From assembly GCF_036971445.1 (NCBI RefSeq), contig NC_091471.1, positions 132,928,001 to 132,992,000 of the forward strand: a stretch of 64,000 nt of DNA, read 5' to 3'. The number at the start of each line of letters is the position of its first letter. Position 1 is the first letter of the stretch. The position numbers were made by a program, and so were the translations under genes. Below are positions 38,101 through 51,590 of the stretch, piece after piece. This stretch comes from Narcine bancroftii. Taxonomy: Eukaryota. The notes under the pieces were generated by a model, which did no database searches, was not told where the DNA came from, and worked only from the letters and a program-made list of their open reading frames with translations.

Positions 38101-40420
38101 GTATGGCCCAGGAACTGCATGGACTCTTTCCCGAACTGGTACTTGGCCGGGTTGATGGTAAGGCCGAAGTCGGACAGCCGAGAGAAAAGGGCACGTAAGT
38201 GTGCCTTGAGTTGCGCCTGGTCCTTGCTGGCATTTAGGATGTTGTCCAAATAAATAAAAATGAAATCCTGCCGACAGAGTCCATGAGGCGCTGGAAGGTC
38301 TGAGCGGCGTTCTTGAGCCTGAACGGCATGTGCAGGAATTTGAACAAGCCAAAAGGGGTGATGATGGCTGTCTTGGGTATGTCCTCAGGGTGCACCGGGA
38401 TCTGATGATATCCGTGCACCAGGTCAACCTTGGAGAAGACCCTCACACCATGCAGGTTGGCCGTAAAGTCTTGGATGTGAAGGATGGGGTAACATTCAGG
38501 AACGGTTGCCTCAATGAGCCGTCGATAGTCTCCTCAGGGACGCTAGCCGCCGCAGGTTTTCGGGACCAGGTGGAGCGGCAAGGCCCACGGGCTGTCGGAC
38601 CACCAAATGATCCCCAGCTCCCACAGGTGCGAAAACTCCTCCTTCGCTACCTGGAGCTTGTCAGGCAGGGGCCGGTGTGCCTTGGCGTGAACCGGTGGGC
38701 CCTGGGTGGGGATGTGGTGGGAAACCCCGTGGCGCAGCAAGGCAGCAGAGAACTGTGGCTTGAGGAGTGTCGGGAACTCGTCTCTGGGTATGCTGATCAT
38801 GGCCATCTGCGGCTGCTCCAAGCAGGAGGCGTTGAGGCAAATGGCCTGGAAGGTACAGGCGTCTACCAGGCGCCTACCTCAAATGTCCACCAGAAGCCCA
38901 TCTGTGAGGAGGATGTCTGCACCCAGGATGGCAGTCGGGACGGACGAGACGGTGAACCTCCACGCGAACTTCCATTGGCCAATCTGGAAGTGGACTGTCT
39001 TGTCTCCATATGTCCGGATTGCTGATGCATTGGCCGCACGGAGGGGAGGTCCACGAGGTCAGTTCCTGGACTCGATGGCCGTGGCCAGGATGACACTGAT
39101 CTGGGCTCCAGTGTCAACAAGGAACCGCCACCCGCTGACTAAATCCCGCAGGTAGAGGAGGCTGTGTCCTTGGCCAGCCGGCGAAGCCATTAACAGCGAC
39201 CGACCTGGTCGTTTCCCTGGAACGAGCAGGGCTGACCACACTTCCGAGCCTTGGCTCCCCAGTGCTGGTGGTAGAAGCAGAGGCCTGAAGCGGATCATGT
39301 GGCCTTGGTTATGCTTTTGGGGGCCACTGCAGGGGCCGGGTGCTTTACCACAGTGCTATGGGTGGGTTTGGCCTGGTCATGCCCGTGCTTCGTGACCTGC
39401 TGGACCACTGAGCCCTCCGGGAATCGTGCGAGCCATAGCTCTTGGGCCTTCTGGGTGACCTTCCTCGGGTCGGTGAAGCTCTCCTGGACCAGCAGCAGCC
39501 GGATGTCCCCGGGCATATGGTTGAGGAAGATGCGCTCGAAGAGTGGGCAGTCGGTGTGCTCACCCAAGAGCGTGAGCATCTCATCCATCAGCTCCATCGG
39601 GGACCTGTCCACTAGGGCGTCAAGTGCAGCATCCGAGCAGCACGCTGGTGTTGGATAGTCCAAGGGACCCGGTAAGCACTCACTTGATGGTCTCATATTT
39701 GTCCTCGGCACGTGGGTGTTGAACAAGGTGCAGCATGCATCTGGCGGTGGTCTGGTCCAGGGCAGGGACCGCATGGTAGAATTTGGTCGTGTCGGATGAA
39801 ATCTGGCGGAGGTGAAACTGGGCCTCCACGTGGCCAAACCAGGTCTCCGGCTCCTGAACCCAGAATTCAGGCAGTTTTACGGCTATAGCGCTGATCCCAA
39901 GCTTGCTCATGTTGGGTTCAAAGATGTTTGAACCATTCGGGGTCACCAATTGTAGCGGTGGCAACACTGCTCCTGCAATAACTCACACAACCAGACGGGT
40001 TGAGCTCAGTAAGCAGACTGGTTTATTGCAGGTTGCTGGGCTGCATTTATACTCCCAGCCCGGACCTGGCTGAGAACCGTGCTGGAGGGCACTGACGTAA
40101 CCCGGGCGTCACGTGGTCCCACAGCTCAGGTTTCTGAGCCCCATGCTGGAAGGAAGGGAAACCCCCGACGGCGCCATTTTGGCTGGCTGCCCCGCCGCGT
40201 GGCTTACAAGCGGGGCTGGTTCGCCTGCCTCGTGGTGAGCTGCCACAGACTCAATATTACCTGTTATTTGGCCAACAACAGTGGTGGCATCAATAAATTT
40301 GTGAATTTCAATGTGGCTATGCAGTTGTGGGTATAAAAGGAATACAGCGCAGAACTAAGAACAACAGTTGAAGTGTTGCTGGTCGTTGATCAGTGAACGA
40401 TGTTACCTAACCGCACTAGA
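35110..40420 (-). mobile_element. Rex1/Babar-type LINE 3' part, split by the LTR element at 36002-40247
   Basis: Reverse strand gives NISKTKELIADFKK at about 35895-35936 and KFIDATTVVGQI at about 40260-40300. Confidence 0.7.
36002..40247 (-). mobile_element. CsRn1-clade Gypsy retrotransposon, near full length, decayed; 5' LTR 39951-40247, 3' LTR 36002-36260
   Basis: tRNA-Trp-type PBS TGGTGACCCCGA after the 5' LTR; gag VKLPEFWVQEPETWF with CHCC motif CFYH..C..C (39226-39279); GGGAAAC slippery site (39211-39217); protease FLVDTGA; [16 protein letters not shown]; RNase H PLAFFSR; integrase HIHMDIVGP...YHPQANG; GPY module. TSD is imperfect. Confidence 0.93.
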
Positions 40421-41410
40421 ATATTGAACATCGGTCATTACAGCACAGCAGGGGTCCTTTAGCCCACAATGTTGGACCAAATTCTATAAAACACATCAAT
40501 CTCACCCTTGGAGTGAAACATGAAAGTCTGCAGATGCAATGATCTCACAGCATCAATAGGAAGTAAAGACAGATAACTGGCTCAGGCCAGAAATGTTGGT
40601 TATACAGTATATTTTTACCTCCAATGGACAATGTGAGACCTGCTGAGTTCCTCCAACATTTCTGTGTCAATCTCACCCTTCCCTCCCTCATAGCCCATAA
40701 TTCTCCATCTTTCTTGTGCCTATCTCAGGGTTTTTTTAAAATGTCTCTATTTAACCAGCCTTCACCAATACCCCTGGCAATGCATTTCAGGTATTCATCT
40801 CTCTCTGTAAAAACAATACCTTGATCGGACGTTTCACCTACTCTTCTCTCCACTCACCTTAAGTGGATGTCCTCTGCTATTATCTATTGGCACCCTAGGA
40901 AAAATATACATTTCCTCCCCAGCACAATGAAAAGTGTGAAATGTTTGGTGGAGCCCATTAAAACGAATCCAATTTTCCAGCTAAAAATCCAAGACAGAAA
41001 TAGGGAAGCAAAATATTTTATCAACTAATGAACGACTTTGGTACCATCTTTAAAATACAAGGAGATGCTGATGATGGTAGATTAACTACCACACAGACCC
41101 TAGGCTGAGGCCCCCCAAGGTTGGCGTCATGAGGGGGTGGGCATTTGCAGCCCATGCCCACCCACTTAGTGGCATATCTATGGAAAATAGCTCCTATGAC
41201 AAGCACTGAAATTGCACTCCTGTCCTAAAATCTGACACCTAACTTTTAGATAACTTTGACAACTCAAAAATACAAGTCAAGGTCTCAATGCTTCAGAGAT
41301 CTCCCAATGTATCGATTCCCTCTTTGCCCCAGCCCAGCCACCAACCCCCCTCTCTCCCCAGTTACCCCTACCTTATCTTGGCCAGTGTATTAAGAGTAGA
41401 TTTTATCTTA

Positions 41411-41780
41411 AGCCACTTTTCCACTGGCAATCCAGTTAATTGACTGTGCAGTGTCTCAGAATAGGAATCCCTTTGTGACAGGACCACCCTTAACTAGGAT
41501 ACAAATGGCTTCTCCACTGAACACACTCGTCCCCAGGGATCGGAGTTTTCTACCTTCAATTGGAAATGGGTGACTTTCTGCTGTCCTTTTCCCAATGGTT
41601 TTATCGGCATGCCGGCGTCAGCAAAAACCAGGGATACGAGTAGGGGTAGAGGCAGTTAATCCCCGGTGTGAAATAACATCATTTGATGCTGGCATTTGGA
41701 CAATGTTCCTTTTCCACTGGACTCTGTCCCAGTAAATTCCCAGTTAATTCCTGGGACAGGGAGCCAGTGGAAAAGGGGCT
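41411..41780. mobile_element. PIF/Harbinger-type MITE
   Basis: TIRs AGCCACTTTTCCACTGGC and GCCAGTGGAAAAGGGGCT; 3-bp TSD TTA on both sides; internal TTTCCACTG repeats. Confidence 0.85.
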
Positions 41781-42997
41781 TTATATTTATTTCAAAGAAA
41801 TATGATGCATTACGGCCAAATCAGATCAAACAATTTTATTAATGTTAGTTTTCCAGTACTCCCACATCCCATCCCTGTGCAATTGTATTTGAATAGTAAA
41901 TAAAATTTACTGGTGTATGTATTATTTATACTTATCTGCATTAGGATTACAATTGTTTGAATTAACTCTATAATGACAATTTGGTACAGTTACAGATAGA
42001 AGGCAGGCTACGACAGGGATGCACGTTTCCCTGACACAGACAGAGCAGTTCCGGCTGCATGGGGAACTATGGGTAACAAAGACGGCCATTGATGCCACAT
42101 TGGGCCGTCGCTGTCCTGAGCAGGCCCTTTTTTTTAATGATTCCAGTGAATAGGTGAAAGCCAATCAACAAGAGCATTGAAAGCTTTTGCAGTTTTAAAA
42201 TACTTTTAATATTGTGGCTTAGTTCCCTTTGGTATCATTATATAGTAACATTTCTAATGTATCTCTTATCTCTATTGTTGTTTGACATCAGGCCCCCTAC
42301 CTTCTAGGCTCCTAGGATTGAGCCTACCCAGCCTAATGGTTAATCCACCACTGGGTGATGAGCATGCAAGACTGTTCATTTACAATTTATAATTGGGCAG
42401 TAATGTGATTTTTGCCACTGTGCAAAGTCCCGACTAGGGAGCTTTTGTAAGTAATGATGAACTGAAATTCCATATTCTGTAGTAAAATGTCTTTATTTGG
42501 GTTAACAGATTATAACAATTAAAACAGTTAACATAGGGATCTCCTTTCTGGTTCCTGGTCCCTTTATGCTACAAGCTGAACCCTCAATTATAATCATACT
42601 AAAAGTCAATCTCCTACTAATCCCATAAGAAAGGACTTGCCATGAAAGGCCAGTTCACTTGCCTGATGACAACTCTTGCCTCAGTAGTCCATTGTCAATT
42701 TTTTGAAGTTCTCTTCTCCAGACTTTCTCTTGACACTAACTTTGTGGATGAGTGCTCCCTCTTTCAAGGCAAAATCCTAAGGCCACAGATAATAAATAAA
42801 CCTGCAAAATTTGAACTCTGTTTGCCTGAGAAAGAGGTACTTCCACTCTCTTTCATGCACTTGTTTTCTGCAGTTGAACCAAGCCAAATCCATACCATGT
42901 GTATTTTCCTATTCCTAAAAGCAGCTTAGGACAAAATCCAGAACCTGTTTTACAACAGCATTGTGAAACTTAGCCCTTTAAAACAACATCAACCCAG

Positions 42998-43185
42998 NNN
43001 NNNNNNNNNNNNNNNNNNNNNNNNNNNNNNNNNNNNNNNNNNNNNNNNNNNNNNNNNNNNNNNNNNNNNNNNNNNNNNNNNNNNNNNNNNNNNNNNNNNN
43101 NNNNNNNNNNNNNNNNNNNNNNNNNNNNNNNNNNNNNNNNNNNNNNNNNNNNNNNNNNNNNNNNNNNNNNNNNNNNNNNNNNNNN
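42998..43185. other. Assembly gap
   Basis: Run of N. Confidence 1.
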
Positions 43186-45149
43186 ACTCTCATAAATTGT
43201 TCTTCTCTCAAGTATGATGCGACCTGGAAACATTTTTTCAGCTATTTCCTGGAATATGTCACAAGCAAAATAGTGCCAGCATAGCTTCTTGCCAGGTTAA
43301 CACAGAAACAGTTTGCTACTCCCCCTGCACTTACTGCTGGAAGCAGAAGAATCACCAGGGATATACTTCCCTTCTAAATTCAGATTTAATTGCTAACATC
43401 TTGAGTTTGTTGCAGGAGAAAGAACTGTGAAGACTCTGCCTAGTAAAGAAGGATAGGGATTGTGCTAATGTGGTAACAGGAAACCACAGTCAAGCCCAAG
43501 AACAAGGATATGGAATACAGCAGTGAGGGCACCCAAGTTTCAGGAACACAACTAATTGTGCTATTATATACCCCCTTTGCTGCTAGTAGGAAATTGGATT
43601 TATTATTAACTAAGTTACAATCAACACATGCACCATTATTGTGAACAGAAAGAGACCTATTGTTAACGGAGATAAACGAATAGATAAATAGATCTTTGTA
43701 ACTCCCATTCTGTAATTAAAACAGTAAAAATATGTTAATCAAGTTTATGTAAATTGTGTTCATTCAGAGTATAAAACCTGCACCAAAATTATGCTCAGTA
43801 GATCAGCTTTGACTGATCTGATACACCAGTTTTATAAATTGCTCATTGTTTCGACCACCATCACTTCATGGTATTTCTATTTTGCTCCTACAAACATCAA
43901 TTAAGACATCTGCCTAATTACCACAGGAAGAGAGCTGGTTTCAAAATATGGTCAAAGCTCCCACTGAATAGTTTTAGTCTTGCTACACTGAACATATATC
44001 ATTATGTCCTCCTTTTAAATCCCAAAAATTCACCTGTTTGGCCACTTTTTAATTACACTTCCTAAATATTGTCTCATCATTGTTATAATTTGAAAGTGTT
44101 CTTCTGAAATACATTAACACATTTTTTTTTCCATGGTAGGCACAAGCCAGATTTTGAATGATTTTGCCATTTTCCATAAATTTGGAAACTTCGATTGGAT
44201 ATATATCCATCTATAAAAACTGATAAAATTTGGATTCAAATTTTGTTACAGAATTCTCACAGTTATTTCATTAGTTTAGTCAACAATTAATTCTCTTAGG
44301 ATATGCAAAATGGCAGGTGTCAAGGTTTAAAAAAACTGTTATTTCCTGTTTGCAACCAGTGGAAAGTCTTTCTGAACATTACATTTAGACAGCTAGTCAT
44401 TTGCAAAATGTATACACCTACAATAATCAGAATGAAAGAGCAGAAGGTGACATCTTACAATATTTAAGCAATAAATATAATGAGGAACAACTTGAAACTT
44501 CCCACAATACAGAAAATATAGATAGATTTCTCCCATGAGAAGATCACTCATTTCCTGCAGATTCCAATGTTAAGCCGCTGTGAAGGGAGAACTCTCCAAC
44601 AACAGATTGAAAGCTTGAAATATAGATAATATCATTGTGGCCCAGTTGTATTCTGATGAAGACCAGCATGATGAAATGCTGGAGCTTTTCCACCTAGCCA
44701 GCTTTGTGAGAACAGAAAACAGAAATAGTAAAGGCTTAATGGGTAGTTTTCTTTTATTAATACTTTCCTTGTGAGATCAGGGGAAGCAGCAAACCTCCTT
44801 GAAAAGTTTGGTCCTCTTGTTCAGGTTTCTTTCACACTTCCTACCATCTCTTAACAACTCCACGTAACTTGTCTGAATGATCTCTTATGTCTCTGGCTTG
44901 ACTTTTTCCACTAAACCTTGCATTCTTACTTCCTGGCCCATCACCACTTCCTGATAATTTGGGGCAGTAAAGTGACTGACACATTTATAGATTAAGATTA
45001 CAAAAAGTCTGAGATTATCAAGGTTGTTTGTACAATTTAGGCTTGACTGTATTGCGAAAATTGGGATTTCCCAGTAGCCTGATGAATAAAGGGATTGCCT
45101 AAGATTTGTTTAAAGAACAGTTGACCAGAAGTCAGGATCTGCAGGTTAA

Positions 45150-46280
45150 ATTGAGGAAGAAAGACAAGAAATGGATGATTTGGGAATTTTAGATGAGAGA
45201 TACCGTAAATTTTATCAAAAGGAAAAAGGAAACACAAGTAAGATTTAGGAAGCTGAAATCAGACAGGGAAATAAAGAAAACAGGAATGAGGAGTACCAAA
45301 AAAGACATGAAATATCATTAGAAAATTGGATTAAAGAAAATCCTTGTTTTTTATACATATGTTAAATCCCCAGTTATTGAGAGAGGCAAGAGAGGTGGGG
45401 CCTTGAGAGATAGTTGGGGGCATAACAGAAATATTTATATCCTCTCTAGCCACAAGTGAGAGGTTTCAGAGTACTGGAAATTATCCAATGTCGTTCCTCA
45501 CCTTAAAAAAGATATTAGGGATAATCCAACAAATTATAGACTGGCGAACCTATCAGAGAGGATTCTTAGGGATAGGATTTACTCATTTTGAAAATCATCG
45601 AGTTATAAGAGAGAGTCAGAATGGCTTTGGGTGGGGCATGTCATGTCTTATGAACATAACTGAGCATATTGAGAAGATGGCAAAGATGGTTGTTGAGCAT
45701 AGTTAGAGGATGTTGTCCACTCTTGTAAGGCCTTTGACAAGTTCCTTCATGGTTGGCTGATCAAGAAGGTTAAGGCATATGGGATCCAGAGTGACTTGGC
45801 AAATTGGATTTAAAATCAGTTTAGCCAGAAAGGACAGAGGGTAGAGGTGGAGGCATGATGGTGTGCATGTATATACAGTTTGTGGATCATGTGCAGGTAC
45901 ATGGAATTAATTTAATTTGGCATCATAGTCACACAGATTTCATGGGCAGAAGGCCCTGGTCCTGTGATGCATTGTTTATGCTTTTTTTTTATATTGTGGG
46001 ACAATCTCAAACTGAAGGCCACCATTTAGAAATAAGGAGTCATTCTCTCTTTAAGACATTGTGAATTTCTGCAATGACTCCATCAAAATGGTATAGAAGC
46101 AGGAGCTTGGAATATTTTTAAGACAGAGGTGGAGAGAGTCCTGATAAGTAAGTGGGTATTACTTGGAATAGGTTGGAATGCTGTGTTGAGGTTGCAATCA
46201 GATTAGTCATGATCTTTCTGAATGATAGAGCAAGCTAGAGAGGCAGAGTGGCTGACTCCTCGTCTTATGTGTTCTGTATA
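45150..46280 (+). mobile_element. Degraded CR1 fragments
   Basis: IRESQNGFGWGMSCLMN, KAFDK, CR1-type tails. Confidence 0.7.
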
Positions 46281-46389
46281 TTGGTTAATTCCCATTATGT
46301 TTTAAGTGAGAAAAGACTTGAATGGAATTCCTAACACTAAGAGAATAAGACCTCAAAACACAGACACAAGACAAAAAAAAAATCAGTCT

Positions 46390-47410
46390 TGGTCAGCAAG
46401 ATTCAAAACCTAGGCTTCTGTACCACCCTCTCTAACTGGATCCTTAACTTCCTCATCGGAGGACCAGTCTGTGGAGATTGGAAACAAAATGTTCTCCTCA
46501 CTGATAATCAACAAAGGTACACCTCAGGGATGCATGCTTCGCCCATTCTCTTTACTCCCATGACTGTGGCTGGGCACAATTCAAATGCCATCTACAAATT
46601 TGCTGATGACACTACAGTTAATTGGCAAAAATCAGAGATGGCAATGAGGAAGCGCACAGGAGTGACATTGAGTGGTGTCACAACAACCACGTTGCTCTCA
46701 ACACAAGTAAAACGGAGGAATTGATTGTGGACTTCAGGAAGAATAAGCCAAAAGAACACAAATCAGTCCTCGTCAAGAGGTTAGCCCTGGGAAGGGTAAG
46801 AAACTTCAAATTCCTGGGTATCAACATCTCTGAAGATCTATTCTGGGACCGTCATGACAATGGAATCATGAAGAAGGCATGCCAGCAGATATATTTCATT
46901 AGGGGTTTAAGGAGATTTGGTAAATAACCAAAGACTCTTGCAAGTTTCTACAGGTGTACTGGTTGTATCATTGTCTGGTATGGACAGGACAAGAACAGGC
47001 TATAGAGAGTTGTATACTCGGCCAGCCCCATCATGGCCATTAATCTTCACTCCATTAACAACATCTTTCAGAGGCAGTGTCTCAAAAAAGCAGCTTCTAT
47101 TATCAAAGACCCTCAACACATAGACCATGCCCCTTTCTCACTGCTTTTTTCACAGGAAGGTGACTCAAGAGTCTGATGACATGTGTTAAATATTACAAAA
47201 CAGCTTCTTCCTCTCCGCCATCGCATTTCTGAATGGATAATGAAGCTATGGACACTACCTCACCTTTACTCTTTCTTGCACGAGTTATTTATTATTGTTC
47301 AATCTTGTATTTACGGAATTTGTAATTTATAGTAATTTTGCGCCTTGTTCTACACCATACTGCAGCCATAAAACAATTAATTTCATGGCACATTCATATC
47401 AATGAACCTG
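46390..47410 (+). mobile_element. Rex1/Babar-clade LINE RT and 3' end
   Basis: NWILNFL, IYKFADDTTV, WCHNNHVALNTSKTEELIVDFRK, FKFLGINIS. Confidence 0.88.
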
Positions 47411-49544
47411 ATTTTTATCTTTCAGTACTGGACTTGTGTGACTAGTAACATTTGGCATTAATTTTTTTGAAACTACGAAAACAATATTATTTGGGGTGTG
47501 TTAGGGTGGGATGAGGGGGTCCCACCAGCAAGGCTCACAAGCCACAGCAAATTAAAACAATAATTCCCATTCGAGACCTTGTCAGCGACTCTGGGGGATT
47601 CTCTTTTTCTTCCTTTTCTCTGATTGTAAGGAGTGCTGGGCAGTTTCTGCTAATAGCAAATCTTTGTCTGGTTACAGTAGACCAGGGCTTCCCAAACTTT
47701 TTAGCTCATGGAACCCTTTTGGGGAGCACTTGGAAATCGTGGAACCCAAATCGTCAATTACAGTTTAAAAGGCCTGGTATATCAAAGTAAGAAAGTAAAT
47801 AAACTCACCAGTAGTGGATTAACTACCACCCGGCCCCTGGGCTGAGCTTTATTAAGCCCCCCCCCCACCTTGATCTTGCACTGTGGCCTGCCGTTCTTTG
47901 CTCCCTGCCATGGCCCCTTCCACCCCAAATTTCCCCAGTCTGGTTTGGCTCCCCCCTCCCCCTCCATGGCCACCATCTTCTCTCCCCCCACCCCGGAACA
48001 AATTGGGAAACGCTATGGTAGACTAAAGGACATTTCATGTAATATCACATTTTCTATTTTATTACATGACATTAAAAGAATCTTGAATTTTCATTCCACT
48101 ACTGACCATTTCAACATCCAGATGACCACTGCTGATGCACACAAGACCTAATTAATCATTCCAAATTGTTGATGCACAAAGTTGCTGAACAGAGCCTTGA
48201 AAATCAAAAGCCAATGTTGGACATTTTAAAGAATACCTTCCATTCTCTATCCATTTCCAGCACCAGTATGTCCTGGTCTCAAGGCCTTCTAGCCATCTCC
48301 AGCCCCACCCTGTGTGACCCAACTTTTTCTAACTGACCCTTTTTGTTCCTCTTGCCTCTCTCGCCCTTTTTCCAGCACCTGCCCATCTATTTATCAATCT
48401 TTGCTCCTCCCTGGTTCAACAACCCACTGCTGTCCCTATCCAACCCCTCCTATTCCCTATCCTCATTATAATAGCTATCTCCCCTCTACCTCTTAGTCTT
48501 GATGAAGGGATCTGACCCAAAACACTGACCATTATTTTCTCCCACTGATGCTGCTCAACCCCCAAGTTCCTCCAGTAGATTGTTTTTGCTACAGTGCTAT
48601 CAGATTATCTTAGTTGGTTAGACCTCAAACATTAGTGGCTGAAATACCAGAAAATGTCTGCAAAGAGTGGAATAGCTCCATGTTAATCAAGTGAAATAGG
48701 AGATAAATAATGATAATGAGCTTGTTGTCATATACATAAGTAAAATGTATATATGCACTGAAGTTCTTCTGCAACCAAACAGGTACGCAAGAAATACAAG
48801 CTACAATAGTATACATTAAGTTACTCCAGGGCAGAAAGAGATAATAAATAGAAAGGATAGATAGATAACATTACATTACTGCAGTAAAAAAATGGTGTTT
48901 CAATAGTGCTGACAGGTCCTTTTGAGGTGCCCGAGTAGTCTATGATTAGTGTTCAAGAGCCTGATGGCCATTGGAAAGAAACTGTTCCTGAATTTAGAGG
49001 CACTGATCTTCAGGTTTCAGTACTTTCCTGCCAAAGGTAGCAGTGGGAAGAGGTTATATCCAGGGTGATCAAGATCCATTATTATTTTGGCTGCCTTATT
49101 GAGGTAATGACTCACATAGGTGTCTTGAATGATGGCTGGGGTCAAAATCTGTGATGGACTTGGCTCTATTTGCTACTTTTTGCAGCCTTCTGCATTCTTG
49201 ATCAATTGAATTTCTTTCCACTGTTCACCTGAATAAATTTGATAGGGTATTTGATGTCATACCTACATCTCTTCAGACTTTTTAGAAAGTAAAGTTGTTG
49301 TTGTGCCTTCTCCGCAGTTGTCTTGATGTGCTGGCTGAAAAGAATTGGTATTCCTACACTCTATACAGTTCGACTTTACAGAGTGTACATTTGTAGCAAC
49401 ATATCCTGCAGGAACACTGCTTATGCTGCTACCCTAACACAAGGTAGTCCTCACTTATATCTGCAACCTCAATAATAAACCTCAGTACAAGTTCACGCAA
49501 GTGTCTGTACTGCTCTCAAGGTTAAAGTCAAATTCAGCTCACTT

Positions 49545-50885
49545 TAGAGCCATAGAACATTACAATACAAAAACAGGTCCTTTGACCCTTCTAGTCTTTG
49601 CCAAACAATTATTCTACCTAGTCCCACTGACCTCCACCCAGTCCATTCCCCTCCCATCCATGTACCTGTCCAAATACTTCTTAAATGTTAAAACTGAGCC
49701 TGCATTCACCACTTTAGCTGGCAGCTCAATCCACACTCCCACCAATCCCTATGTGAAGTTATCCCTAAATATTTCCCTTTTCACTCTTAACCCATGTCCT
49801 CTGGTTTGTATCTCACCTACCTCCAATGAAAAAAGCTTGTCTACATTTACACTGCCTATACCTCTCAATTTTAAATACCTCTACCAAATCTCCCCTCATT
49901 CTTCTACACTCTAGGGAATAAAGTCCTAACCTGTTTAATTTTTCCATGTAACTCAGTCCCTGAAGTCTGGGCAACATCCTAGTAAATTTTCTCTGCACTC
50001 TTTCAATCTTATTGCAATTTTTCCTGTAGCAAGCCTGCACACAATACTCCAAATTTGGTCTCACCAATGTCTTGTACAACTTTACCATAACATTCCAACT
50101 CCTACACTCAATACTTTGATTTATGGAGGCCAAGATGCCAAAAGCTCTCTTTACAACCCTATACGTCCTTAACAACATTTCCAGGGAATTATGTATCTAT
50201 ATTCTCAGATCCCTCTGCTCTACTGCACTCCTCAGTGCCTTATATGTACATATACATACTGTATATGTCCTACCTTGGTTTGTCCTTCCAAAATGCAAAT
50301 CCTCACACTTGTCTGCATTAAATTCCATCTGCCATTTTTCATCCCATTTTTCCAGCAGGTCCAAATCTCTCTGCAAGATTGAAAGCCCTCCATAACGCTT
50401 CCAATCTTTTTGTTATCTGCAAACTTGCTGATCCAATTTACCACATTGTCATCTATATCAATGATTTAGATGATAAACAACAATGATCCCAGTATCTATC
50501 CCTGAGGCACACCACTATTCACAGGCCTCCAATCTGAGAGGCCATCATCCACCATCACTCTCTGACTTCTCACATACACCCAATATCAAAACCAGTTTAC
50601 TACCTCACCAGGAATACTGAGTGTCTGAACCTTCCTGTCTAACCTCCCTTGTGGGACATTGTCGAAGGCCTTACTGAAGTCCATGTAAACAACTTCCATA
50701 GCCTTTCCTTCATCAACTTTCCCTCGTGACTGAAATTTATTAAACATGACCTACCACTCACAAAGCCATGTTGACTGTTGCTAATCAGTCTCTGGCTATC
50801 CAAATATCTGATCTCTGAGAACACCTTCCATTAATTTACCTCCCACTGACATCAGGCTTATAGGCCTATAATTTCAGGTTTACTG
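49545..50885 (-). mobile_element. CR1 LINE RT and 3' end
   Basis: QHGFVSGRSCLIN, ISKFADN, LYKTLVRPNLEYCVQ, IERVQRKFTRM. Confidence 0.9.
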
Positions 50886-51394
50886 AGAAAAAGTCAAAAG
50901 TACTCTGCAAATGCCTTTTGCTAATTTGTGTCATAAAGCACTGCTGCATAACAAAATGTTAAAAAAAACCTTAACTATTATGGTGGAGAATCTACAATTT
51001 TTGGTTAAAGTAATGTTATTTTTCAGAGCTGAAATCTGCATTTCCTCACATGCAGACATTAGCGGCAGATTTCATAACTTACAGGAATCACATTGTGAAT
51101 TTTTACCCTCAAATACATTGTAACTTCCCGAAAGAAGTGTCTTTGGACAGGACAATATCTACTCTACTCACTAATCTTCACAAGCCTGCTGAAACACTTA
51201 ACCCCCGCACCCGCCCCCCCCCCCACCCCCCTCAACCCACTGTTAGAGAATTCACCCATCCCTGTCAACATTTCCCAATCACTGGAAACCACCACCCCCC
51301 CCCCCCCCCCCTTGCATTATGCTGTTACTGTTTAAAGCCTGCCCTCTTAGGTCAGCGGTGTGAGGATATATGCTGGAAGCATAAGAGGTTTGAG

Positions 51395-51590
51395 GTGGGC
51401 TCACCTCACTGACAAAAGGCAAAGGAGGAAAAACCCAACACCCAACCCCAACCCACCAATTTTCCCCTGCAGCCGCTGCAACCGTGTCTGCCTGTCCCGC
51501 ATCGGACTTGTCAGCCACCAACGAGCCTGCAGCTGACGTGGACTTTTACCCCCTCCATAAATCTTCGTCCGCGAAGCCAAGCCAAAGAAG
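51395..51590 (+). mobile_element. Short RTE (AviRTE-like) 3' end with target-site duplication
   Basis: Same 3' end as the other RTE copies; 12-bp TSD AAGAGGTTTGAG (51383-51394, 51588-51599). Confidence 0.92.

Noticed and set aside
37024-39658. Many long overlapping and antisense ORFs in GC-rich stretches (also 169-1473 and 25478-26296)
   Set aside because: Shadow frames of GC-rich transposon sequence.
40924-40970. TMKSVKCLVEP after TTTCCTCCCCAG as a possible chemokine exon 3
   Set aside because: Too short, no WV motif and no upstream exon 2.
42963-43233. ORF-track entries containing long X runs (also 61027-61759)
   Set aside because: Artefacts of reading through N gaps.
51029-51145. Chemokine-like spacing in MQTLAADFITYRN...FYPQIHCNFPKEV after a TTTTTCAG acceptor
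   Set aside because: No CXC cysteines and no convincing donor; may be chance, although worth including in the HMM search.
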